Assembly: GCA_051362555.1 (NCBI GenBank)
Contig: CM120640.1
Location: forward strand, 46,602,788-46,666,787
Reading direction: 5' to 3'
DNA: 64,000 bases
Source: Lingula anatina
Taxonomy: Eukaryota; Animalia; Brachiopoda
Of the stretch, positions 23,421-34,662 are shown piece by piece. The notes beneath the pieces were generated by a model, which did not search any database, had not been told where the DNA came from, and saw nothing but the letters and a program-made list of their open reading frames with translations. Positions within the stretch are counted from its first letter, which is position 1; each line of letters opens with the position of its first letter. The position numbers and the translations under genes were made by a program.

Positions 23421-26400
23421 TATTGCGACCTAGTTAAAACCAGTTCAAGCTGCCGGGAAAGGACAACGTGAAACAGGAGGCTCAGTTATGCTGGGAGTCC
23501 TTCGAAGAAGCGAAGACAGATAACAAAAAGAAAAAAGAAACAGCCTTTACAAAAAACATGCGTAAAACAGTGTACGACAGGCAAACAATAAACACCGGCG
23601 AGGAAGAAGGCAGATGAAAACCTGCTTGGGTGGCCATGGATACGAAGAATGGCCTGGCCGCGAAGTATTTACTGGATTTGTGAGTACCATTTACAATAAT
23701 CTTTGAGATAAGACACCAGTGAAAATATTTATTAAGCACAGAGATTTTTGTTTATTTACGTGTGTTCGTTGTATATCTTAACGATTGTCAGGCTCGTCTG
23801 TCAAAATATGCCATGAAATTGTAACTAATATGAGTGGTATCGATGACAGAAATTGCAAGTGTTGCTCATATGTCGACTCTGACAGGGTTTGGGTTAGTTT
23901 ATAGAGCAAAGAAAGTTTAAATAAAAACGGACATGGTGGGAGATACTAGTCTCATTACATATACATTACAATGACCAGGGCGAATTTTTGACTTACCGAG
24001 GGCACATTTCTTGTGCCTCTAACATCTAGGCATACCACAGTAATTAAGACATATGACAAAGATGCTATTTCTTTAGGCATCTAAATCCCAAAATGAATGT
24101 GCAGAAGCTGTTATTGTATCTAAGTTTAACCCAATGTTAAATGGCATGTCAACTATAAGTGAAAATAAATAGTAGTATTTTGATTTTATATTTTAAAGAC
24201 AATTTGTCTCCTTTTTACATTAAAAATAAATAAATCAGAAAGGGGATATTGCATGTTTATGTTTGGTACATCTCTCTAATGTATTAAATAGTCCAGAGTA
24301 ATAATTTAGATCATACAATTTTAACTTCCAACCAGTATTTCGGAGATTAAACCAATATGAAGTGATCAAGAAACTTCAAAATTAAGTTGTAGTTAATACT
24401 AGTGCAGTTGAAGATGACAGTCTAGATAATTTAAGGTGATCATATTGAGAAAAATGGCATTTATACTTATTTCAGTTGAGTTTTATACTTATTTCAGTTA
24501 TGTTTTTACATAATTTTTCTCAAACTCGATTATCTTATTTTATGTACTGTTGCTTTTTTTTTTTTGGTTGCAGTATCAAGGTAACTTTTTCCTATGGTAT
24601 GCCTGAACTGGAAGAAGTGCAGATGGAAGAGGAGGAAGATGCTGAAGAAGAGGGAATTAAAGGATCCTAATGATCCAACATGGGACTAAAACATGTCTTT
24701 AGAGTAAGCAGAATTTTAATAAGCTGATATTCACTCCTCATATATTAGGCATATAGGTGCATGATTTCTCTTTTATCAATTTTTTTTCCAAATTGGCGAC
24801 ACATAATGTAAACATAATGCAAGACTCTATTTCCTCCGTCAACTGAAACGAGCTAAGCTTTACCAAAGTATTGTGCACTCAATTCTAGAATATGCCTGCC
24901 CTGTGTGGCATCCAGGACTAACTATAGAGCAATGCAAACTCTAAGAGACTGACCAAACTCGTGCTTTGAAGATTATTTTCCCTGACCTATACTATGATGA
25001 AACCCTGAACCTGGCATATGTGTACTTTAGATAAACGAAGAGATCTGTGCAAAACTTTCTTTTACAAAATAACTGAATCCTCTGACAAACTGAATCACAT
25101 CTTTATTGATCAATCCAATCGTCTTTTAAGATCAAACAATAGTAACAAAGTGCCACAATTTAAGACCGACAGATTCTGATGCTCTTTTATTCCGTATGCA
25201 CTTTTAAATTTCCAATAGTATTATGTTGTCTTTTATCCTAAGTACAATAATTTTAAAGTTCAATTAGCAGTCTTTTAACTCAGTTTTATTCAAGCAAATA
25301 TTCACTTTATTTTCATTATAATTTTCTTAACACTATGTACAACTTCAACCCACTGGGTTGCAATCTTAATAAATTATTATTATTATTATTTTGATTTGCT
25401 TTTTTAGACCTAAAGGTTATGAGCAACTGCCAGTATGATGTCCTGAAGAAGAGTTTTTTACATGGAAGAGGAACTCCATGGCTCTCCACCAAAAAAAGAT
25501 GAACTTTTCTTGAGGGTCCAAAGCGGGGACGAGTTGGATAGTGAGAGACTTTTCCTGACTTTCGAGTGCTGCTTACAGGATATATTCAGTGAACTCATCT
25601 TGCCAATGTGACAAAGCATAATCTGCTGACTTCAAACCATCTAGCACTTACATGTATGCTATAATGCAGACAGATTGGAAATCAAGGTGGTCTTTCCTCC
25701 CAAACCTAAGTCATATGCCTGATATTGAGAATAAACCATTTTGGTCCAGCATTTACTTCTTAAATCTAAATGACATCAAATGTATTATGGAATATGGTAC
25801 TGGTGGCATATTGTGATTTCAACTTGATTTTAAACCAGTGTGTTGTTAGATTTTGTAAGATCACCAGTTGCAGTTTTGTGACTTTGTTACAGCATAAAAT
25901 TCTGTATTTGGCAAATGACTGCATGTCATTTCTTTTAAGACCTACAAAAATGGTTTGAGTGAACACTTGTGCCTGTATTCAATTCTCCACTCAGCCATTA
26001 TTTAGAATTCATGCAGGGAAGCTATGCCTGTATATTTTTAAAGAAATATTTATACCTTTCTATTTATTCCCTCCACATCTTGGAAAAGTATATGTGAATA
26101 TCTTACTGATGAAACAATTTATGTTTGTGTAAGTTGGGTTGGTCCTTTCTTATGACACATCCCTTTGCATGGAGACAGCTCACATGAGTCAATACACTGA
26201 CAGAGAGGGGGATAATTTGTTGATCTGCAATCCTCATGGGTCTGCATGTACATCAGACTCTTAACATGATAGCCTGGCTATTAATAAGTCTCTCTCAAAA
26301 ATGTTATCATAGTGACATACTATAATGTGTACTGCACAATGTGAAAGTTTGTGAATGCTTGAATAGAAGGCTTATTTATGAAGATGGCATTAATGAGTAT

Positions 26401-26570
26401 GAAAATAATTATGCATTCTAGCTTACTTACAGAATCTGTGTATGTCTTATTCATTACATGTGACAGGTAATAATGAAGATGATTTGGCCAAATTCCAAAC
26501 TTATGTAGCAAACTTTGTTTATTCTTGTATTTTTGCCAAATATAAATAAAAGATGTTTCAATATTTAAAC
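23420..26570 (+). other. Putative spliced transcription unit 'C' (lncRNA or 46-aa micropeptide gene)
   Basis: CpG-rich promoter upstream. Purine-rich exons ~23420-23679 (donor GTGAGT), 24574-24703 (long polypyrimidine + CAG; donor GTAAGC) and 25408 onward (TTTTTTAG acceptor); AATAAA at 25730 and 26545. Spliced ORF 23636-23679 + 24574-24670 starts in a GCCATGG context. The TSS position is approximate. Confidence 0.55.
24795..25390 (+). mobile_element. 5'-truncated, decayed LINE (CR1/L2-group) 3' end
   Basis: Translation RLYFLRQLKRA...ILEYACPVWHPGLT...*...RALKIIFPDLYY...FKTDRF*CSFIPYA is typical of the post-RT C-terminus. 3' stem-loop CAACCC-ACT-GGGTTG at 25346-25360, AATAAA at 25368 and a (TTA)n tail. 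Confidence 0.85.
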
Positions 26571-27389
26571 TTTTATTTCATTCATAATCTCTACCCAGTT
26601 AATGCTTCATTGATACTGCAGCTTATGCTTTGTACATAACAATATGTTAATTAATAATAACAGTTGGATAGTACATGTTAATTTACTAAAGGGCTAGTTC
26701 TTAGAAAAACATGTTCGACATTAAAATATATTCTAAAAAAGTTTTCAAGTATTGCATTAGAATTGAATCTTTGGATGTATTTGACAAAATTATAAAATTA
26801 TTGAAGAGTTGACAATGCACAGAAAATAAAGGCCTTGAGGCTCTCGCTGATCTCAGTCTTGTCACTTTAAATACATATACATGGGCATTATAATATAAAA
26901 CTGTTCACTCGGTTTTGGTAAAAGGTGGTGGATCATGTGGTCATCGCTGCAAATTTTTTGTAGCAGTCTTTTACACAATTTGTCACACCGACATTGAAGT
27001 GATGCAGTATTGTAAGATTGGAGTGCTTCCTGGTATGAGTTTTCCAGACATAACTTGAGGCACTGTAATAGTAAAATTACATAAAATGGTTATAAAGAAA
27101 AAAATGTATTGATATTATCATAACAGCACTATTCTTTACCAAAAATCAACAAGTTAGAGGGCATGATCACTACATGATAACCAGCTTATTATAAAGAAGC
27201 AAGTCTGATTATGGCAAAAAAAAAAAAAAAAAAATTAAATTTAAATATCTGCAGCTGCATTAAATCATAAAGGCCACAAGAAGAAATAACAATCACACAT
27301 GGTTTCAAAGAACTGATGTAAAAAAATCACACTAATATTCCCCACTTGGAATTAGAATTTTGACTAGCTAATTTACTACAGTAAAGTGC

Positions 27390-27532
27390 TAAACCGTACC
27401 AAATGGCACTGTTCACCCTCTAAAATACCAAAGTTTTAAGCAGGCCCAGGACCCCACGCCAACTAGGGGGGGTCGGCTTTGCATCCGCGGACCCCCCCCC
27501 CCCCCTTTCAAATAATCCTGGATCCGCCCATG
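27390..27532 (-). mobile_element. Partial inverted relative of the 19935 MITE
   Basis: AAACCGTACCAAATGGCAC...CACCCTCTAAAATACCA and TTCAAATAATCCTGGATCCGCCCATG are reverse complements of segments of 19935-20105. Confidence 0.6.
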
Positions 27533-27674
27533 TTATACTGCTAAAATTATTAACATACCTGATCTCTTCACTCGTGCTTGAAGGGGTGTATCACCCAATT
27601 CCTCCTCTGAAAGGCTAAAAAATCATTCCTTATAATCATATTCATTGACAATATTATTAAATTTACAAATAAGC

Positions 27675-27946
27675 TAACGTAGTTACGTGCCGTACAAAGA
27701 ACACCCTCTAACCCCACTAGTACTCGAGTTACATTGTATATCTCATGGGATTCCCCTGCGAGAATATGGTGTGAGGTTAGTCTGTAAGTACTGGTAGATG
27801 ACCACATTGAGCAGAAAAGGGTATTCCTCCTGCTTTACAGAACTATACACCTCAGGGGTAAAGTGCACTATCTCGCTTCATATAACTAGTAGTACGTACC
27901 CAGTGCGAGTGATTTGGCTGCGAGTGCGTTACCCGAGGAAACGTTA
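27675..27946 (-). ncRNA. Candidate structured intronic RNA, unassigned family
   Basis: Nested helices found by eye: closing stem UAACGU/ACGUUA and three domains (27850-27938, 27781-27841, 27708-27780). G-U wobbles work on the minus strand only. Confidence 0.4.
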
Positions 27947-28511
27947 ATTATTAGCAGTTATCTACGCTTTTTAACTTCCTCTGCCAGACATTTTGATTTC
28001 CACTGCCATATTCCCATTTTAAAGTACTTTTGGTAAATATAACTCGCTTACCTGCAAAGATTTGGTGAGCAATTCCTCTTCTCCTTCACGTCCACGCTCA
28101 CCTTCGAAACGACATGCTGTCTGCATTGTTTACATCTCGTATCTGAGTCGAGAAGCCGCGTTATTTCAAACTGTGTCAAGATGGCTGACGCCCGGGGTTC
28201 GAAAGTGGACGGTGAATATGATTCTTTTTTTGGATATTGATTACGGCCATTTACCTGCCATTTTATGCTTTACCCATAGCAATTGTTCTCAGATAAGTTA
28301 AAAAAGAAGCAATCCATGCACTAAAAAGGCGTTTTTAATCCTATTTTTTGTCCCTTTAATACATAAACAATTCTTCCACCAATCATTAAAAAAGAAAAAG
28401 AAAAAAAAAGAAAGAAAGAAAAGAAAACAGGAAAAAGATTTATTTTGAGTACCACAAAATAATGTTCCTTAAATTAGGAAGAGAATTGCAAAATATCCCA
28501 TAGTTTGTGAA

Positions 28512-28580
28512 AACTTCATTTGCTGTGTGTGTTTATCTGGCCCTCATATGCACTGATAAAAATAATGTAACTTCATTTGC

Positions 28581-28611
<31 letters not shown>

Positions 28612-28645
28612 ATCCAGCCCTCATATGCATTGATAAAATATATAA
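28512..28645. repeat. Short duplication with expanded (TG)n microsatellite
   Basis: AACTTCATTTGCTGTGTG...TTTATC..GCCCTCATATGCA..GATAAAA occurs twice; the second copy has a longer TG run. Confidence 0.75.
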
Positions 28646-29304
28646 TGTATTGGTGTACAGAATAACTTTCTGCATTATTAAAATCATTTTTAAAAAATTA
28701 AACTGTTGCTTTTTGCTTTCATATACCTATAATGTTTTTTTTTTAATTGAATTATATATTTTCGCAATATCCCCAAAACGGCTATATTTTAATGCAAAGA
28801 TGCAAAATACAAGAAAAAGTGGGAGCCTGGCAACGTTAACTCATATTGATGTTTAAAAGCATGTAGTGATTTTTTATCCAAGTTTATGTTTCCTATACAT
28901 GGCTGGAGATACCGCCGCTTTCTTCATTTTATCAAAATTTTTCATTCCACTGTGCGGATTTAGGTTGCTATTTTGAATGTAACCAAAGTGGGTTGCCTCC
29001 CACCTTTTCAACAGCAATATATTTCAGACAATTGCCATTTATATCTTTTGAAATTAAGATTGTAAATTAAAAGGAGCGATCAGCCATGTTTTCTGGACAC
29101 GTAGGTTTTATTCAAGTAGCTAACTTTATCTTTTTATCCAAAAAGATAAACGACATTATATCATAGGCGTCGTCCCCCCCTGCATAGGAGTTATTTTCAT
29201 CATGGCCGTGCATTGTGATACACGTGGGTGATTCATTCAATAAAGGAAGAAAAACTCTTATCTAAATATATCAACTGTCACGCAAAGTCACCAATCTTAG
29301 AATA

Positions 29305-32300
29305 ATGGGTGCATATCTTTCTGCACCCGTCACTGACAAGATATCTGTCGATGGAGGCAAGGATAAATTGAAATATGGAGCGTCATCCATGCAGGGTTGG
29401 CGGATTTCTCAAGAAGTGAGTATGGATAATATGACTGTGTACTCAGCTGAAATGCAGTATTTCCCTCCACGTATAGATAGGTTTGCTCCCCAATGCACTG
29501 CATTGATTATATGTACAATAATTTACTGACGAAAACTGCTATTAAAATATGTCGAGTCTTAAACGTTTCTCACAGTTAACAATACACTGAATACAAGATG
29601 AAGTAGGATTCAGACACAAGGAAGATTGGAAATCCGTGTCTCACTGTTTACCAGTATTATATCGGTCGTTTTCCTTTATAGTAAAACTTTTGTTGAATAT
29701 TACTTTGGAAATGCACAATATATTAAAAGGTTAAGTCAACATCAATTGATTGTAATGCCACAGTCCTTAGGCAGAATACAAGTTATAGCCACAGCTTTAA
29801 GAAAGCATCATGTTAATGACCTATGACAGTTATTTTGCAAAGTTTCATTGTTAATATTGTTCTTAATAGTGCAACTAAAACACCACAAGATATTCAGTCT
29901 AACTGAAGTGCTGACCACAGAGTTTGACAAGTGATTGATTATGTTATATTGCTGTCACAGTGTTATGTTCTGGTTTGGCATTATAGGAGGACCACACGCA
30001 GGTCAAAACTACATGAGAGCAGTCCCAGGGAGGGTAAGGGGGACAAAATTGAACGTGTTAGATAAAACACAGTCACCCTAAGAGATACATGCCAGAACAT
30101 ATCAGGAAGAAACTTGTGTTCAAGGCAGAGGGTGGCAGTATATTATTTGACATACAAAGCAAGAGAAAGCACTTCCATTTCACCTAAAAACACCATTAAA
30201 ACTGAACAAAATGTATATTGCCACGGTCTCATAAAATCTCTAGGTGTGTATGTGTGATTACTATATATATATATGTATGTATTCATTTATTACAGGATTC
30301 CCACAACTGTTGCCTAGATTTTGATCCAGAATCCCAGACCAGTCTATTTGCTGTTTATGATGGACATGGAGGTGATTGATCAGTTATTTCTTTACTAGGC
30401 TATTTTTGTAGTTATTAAAGTGCTTGTTGCTTACCCTACACGCATACACAAAAAAATTATCCACATTTTGATTATAATAGAAATAAACAAGCAAGGCTGT
30501 ATGACTTGCCTTTTATGAAAGGCATTGGAACAGATTTCAAATTACAGTTTTTTACAATTAAGCAATTTGGGATTATCTTTTTCGTAAATACCATAATTAC
30601 AGAGATAATTCATTAATAAACAAGTTACAAAAAACTGTGACCATGTATAAAGTGTAGGTAATAAACTCGGTACTCAATTGAATTTGAAGAGTTGCCTACA
30701 ACTTAAACTGTGACCTCTCCACTAATAGTGGTCATGAATACTTTTATTGATGATAAAATATATTTTTATGCATTTTGAAAATAATGTTGACAGCCTTGCA
30801 GTTTGAGCATATTTAACAAAGAATTTGATTATATCTAATTCTGATGTGTTTTTCTTTATTAGGTGCTGAGGTGGCACAGTATTGCTCTTTACACCTCCCA
30901 GAGCACATAAAAAATACGGTAGCTTATAAAGAAAACTGTATTGGCCAATGTCTAGAAGATGCCTTCCTCAGTTTTGATGGTTTACTGACCCAGGAAAATG
31001 TTATTGAGGAGCTACGTCAGATTGCTGGCATTGATGAACAAGAAGATATAGATGGTGAAGATACAGGTAAGAAAAATCTTAGTTTTGGGTAACACTGGCT
31101 AAGTTTCTGTTAATCAACCAGTGACAGATTGTATTGGAAATACGGAAAAAATAATGTTCATTTTGTCTGTGAAATAACCCATTTGAATAATACCCACATC
31201 CTGATAGATTAAATGCAGCAGCAGCAGAGTTGCAGAGAAGTATTCTGAATGCAATATTATGGGGAATAAAGCAATTATATGACTGGTGATGGAGGTTTAG
31301 ATCAGATAAGTAGCCAAGACTCTCTAATGTACCTCAAAATGTCTTCAGAATTATTTCATTTATTTCAGTTGAAGAAGAAACTGCATTGCTGTATAAAGAG
31401 GCAACCATGCCATTGGAAGAAATCTTAAAGAAATATGAAGATAAAGAAGAGAAGGAAAATAAAATGTTGAACAATATTCGAAAAGTGTGTAAAAAAGAAG
31501 GTATTCAGTCCCCCGCTGTTCCAAGAAAAAAACCCAATCTGACATCCAATTCAGACAATGTAGAAAACTTGAATGGAGGAATCAGTGACACCAATGATGA
31601 GACCAAACAAAATTTACTTGCCAAACTGGTTAATGGACACCCAGAAAATGAAAACAATGAAAATATTGAAAAAGAGCAAATTGATAGGAACAATAGGACA
31701 TTACAGACTGAAGCCACTTCCCAACCCAATAGATCTGACACATCACAGCCTTCATCTTCAAATTATAAGAACTTGGCCCAAGACACACACCCCTTCAACT
31801 CTGGGAGTTCGAGCTTTGCAGGAGGATCTGGGGATGGTGCTGTTGAAGGATCCTCTAACAAAAGTCCAGACACAGAGGACAAACCTGGTCCATCATCATC
31901 TTCATCTGCAGTAGAGGAACCTGGTCCATCTGGATCTGGAAGCTCAGTAAGTTATTTTGAAATATTTATAATATTGTATTTTAGGATCATCTTTTATGGA
32001 AATTATATTTGTCTTTATTTTTCAGAATGCCAGGGTTTAAGTCTTGACAATGTTTAACCTGTATTATTCTTCCCAGAAGAACCTTATGCAACTTACCAGA
32101 ACACGAGCGAAATAGAGTTGAACTTGATTTGGAGCTAGCTGTCATAGCTATTCTTCCCAGAAGAACCTTATGCAACTTACCAGAACATGAGCGAAATAGA
32201 GTTGAACTTGATTTGGAGCTAGCTGTCATAGCTCCTTCTCAGCTGCCAGATAATTCAAAAGCTAAAATGTTGTTGCTTTGGTTTGATACTTAAACTCAGT

Positions 32301-33058
32301 TGGGACGTAATATTTCTAATTTACTTAACAATAAGGGCATAATATTTATTGTAGCTACCATGGGAAGCATTGCAGGTTTGATGACATGTGTAATTTGTCA
32401 CTTCTTAGAAGAGAAGCACAGTTGTCAGTATGCCTTTTCCTGCTTTTCATTTTAGTTACAAGTAATTTCAAAGGCTTTAAATCACAAAAGTTTTGTTGTT
32501 GAATAATTGATAGTAAAATCAGTAGAAGATTTTTAAAAGGCTTTAACACAATACTTTTTACCTGATTTCTTTTCAGTCTGGTCCAAGTACAGCTGCCAGT
32601 TCTTCTGGCTCCAGTGGTCTTCCAGCAGTGCTGGATGACAGTGAGGAGGATAGTGAGGATGATGAGGATGAAGAAGAGAACTTTGAAGATGAGGAGGATG
32701 ACAGGTTAGGGGACATTTGGCCATTAAGTGATTGATTCATTTTTGTTCAAGTTGATTTAATCAATTTTTTGTCACTGGAGTACAAAAGAATTGCTGGGAA
32801 AATTGTTTTGATGCAACTTAATGATTAAATTTATTACACTGTATATGATTGTTAACAAAGCTATATGACTTATTTCTACAACAATGTATTCTTGTAATCT
32901 TTGCATATCAGTGAAGATGACGAGGATGATGAAGATGAGGATGATAAAGATGAGGATGATATAGAAGGAGCACCCATATTTATGGAAAAAGAAGAAGTAA
33001 GATACTCATATCTGAAGACTTTTCCATACAGGTCACATCAGCTGGTTCAACAGTTAAC

Positions 33059-33105
<47 letters not shown>

Positions 33106-34662
33106 TTATTATTATTATTATTTTTTTTTTGAAACCTTCTCTCACCCACACACAATTAATGTTTTTAATTTAGTGTGCTTAAATAATTATATAAGAATCA
33201 TAAACAAAAATCTTTAATTAAATGATTTGCCTATTCAGTCTTTAATTAATATCATTCATCTTATTATAGCCTGGCAGTGACAGTGGGTGCACGGCAGTGG
33301 TAGCGTTGTTGCGTGGTAACGAGCTGTACGTGGCCAATGCTGGAGATTCGAGATGTGTGGTGTCCAGGGAAGGGTCAGCAGTAGACATGTCATTTGATCA
33401 CAAGCCAGAGGATGAGCCTGAGAAATCTAGGATAGAGAAGGCTGGTGGAAAAGTTACGGCAGATGGACGTGTGAATGGTGGTCTCAATTTATCACGTGCA
33501 ATAGGTATTAAAATTGGGTTTTTCTGCAGTTTTCAAATGGATTTGAAAGAGTGCTTTAAGAAGAGATTTTAAACTGAACAGGCCATTAGGTGTTCTTTAT
33601 AAACAAGTGTTTCCAAAAGAAGGAACGCTTGCCAAATCGAAAAATTTCATTATTGAAAATTTGGTCAGAACAGTTTAAAATATTAAAAACACTTATTGTG
33701 TTTCTTTGTTTTTCAAGCTTTCACATTAACTCTCTTCCAGGTGATCACTGTTACAAGAGGAATACAGATCTTCCACCAAAAGAGCAGATGATCACAGCAT
33801 TGCCTGACATCAAGTCTGTTGTACTGGATGAGAAAGATGAATTTATGGTCATTGCATGTGATGGTATATGGTAAGAGACAGAAAACAATTTTTGAACTTA
33901 AAAACACTAAAAAAAGTTTGATTAATATTTTGGATAAATAATGTGATTTTGGAAATATGTTGTGTTTTCTGTACATCATATTCAGATAAGGTGGCATGAA
34001 GTAATGAAAAGTTACCCAGCTTATTAAATATTGATAATGGTATGAGTCTGATGTTTGATCTTATGTACTAATTTTACTATTTCCAGGAATTTCATGACTA
34101 GCCAAGATGTCATAGATTTTGTAAGAGATAGGTTGGGTAAACAAGAGAAAATTTCCAAGATCTGTGAAGAGGTTTGTATTTCACAACCTTCTTTTACCAT
34201 TATGAAAATAGTTTCGAACCTAAGGGTCGATCTTTTGAATGATTTCTTGTTTCTGTACTCGTGCCAGTTTTGTACATAACTTTTAGGATATTGAGCACTT
34301 TAATGGGTATATATAAAGCTAATGGAAATTGCACACTGTCTCAAAGCAGAAGCAATTGAGTGTTTGATTAAAATATTTTGCTGATCGCATTTCAGTTATT
34401 TGACCACTGCTTAGCACCACACACATATGGCGATGGGACAGGATGTGATAATATGACAGCTATAATTGTCACCTTTAAGGATGTAGAAAAAGTGGCCGGC
34501 AATAAACGTTCTATACAGGAAATATTGTCCGAAGATCAGGAACAAAATAAAGAAAAGAAAGCCAAAACTGAGACTAGTAGTGAGCCTACAGATGCCTGTA
34601 CTCAAAGGGCTGCTGATGATAGTAAGCCAACATCCAGTGATCAGTCCAGTTTACCAGTATAA
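29305..34662 (+). CDS. PPM1G: Protein phosphatase 1G (PP2C gamma) with acidic insert; 10 exons
   Basis: Exons: 29305-29415, 30296-30371, 30863-31066, 31369-31946, 32577-32704, 32912-32996, 33270-33504, 33741-33870, 34087-34171, 34396-34662. Motifs [32 protein letters not shown], long D/E-rich insert, [55 protein letters not shown]. Confidence 0.97.
32065..32232. repeat. 84-bp tandem duplication (2 copies, 1 mismatch) in PPM1G intron 4
   Basis: TATTCTTCCCAGAAGAACC...GCTGTCATAGC starts at 32065 and at 32149. Confidence 0.9.
33059..33130. repeat. (TTTA)n/(TTA)n microsatellite
   Basis: Direct reading; PPM1G intron 6. Confidence 0.9.

Larger units (their letters stand above)
26560..28190 (-). 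other. Putative spliced transcription unit 'D' (lncRNA/host gene or 50-aa ORF), divergent from PPM1G
   Basis: YY1-like GCCATCTT at ~28178-28185 on the minus strand. Donors CAG|GTAAGC at 28052 and AAG|GTGAGC at 28102; exon 27559-27606 (alternative acceptor 27614) with donor GTATGT; acceptor TTACAG at 27062; minus-strand AATAAA at 26572-26577. Confidence 0.5.

Noticed and set aside
23636-24670. 46-aa ORF as ANAPC13
   Set aside because: Only a superficial MD...LLDFI...EEV resemblance; it lacks the conserved Trp residues and the C-terminal KWxDL motif.
25495-25550. SECIS element that would make the TGA at 23615 a selenocysteine codon
   Set aside because: A G-U-rich stem follows ATGA, but the 3' GA is out of register and the apical AA is misplaced; no canonical SECIS was found by eye.
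27781-27841. Telomerase RNA CR4/5 three-way junction
   Set aside because: Helix order fits, but the small loop CAUCU lacks the conserved U and G, and no template or pseudoknot lies upstream.
31987-32229. 80-aa ORF with an internal repeat
   Set aside because: Artefact of the 84-bp intronic duplication, antisense to PPM1G.
31369-32996. Long Ser/acidic low-complexity region in PPM1G as a novel domain
   Set aside because: An acidic insert is the defining known feature of PP2C gamma.
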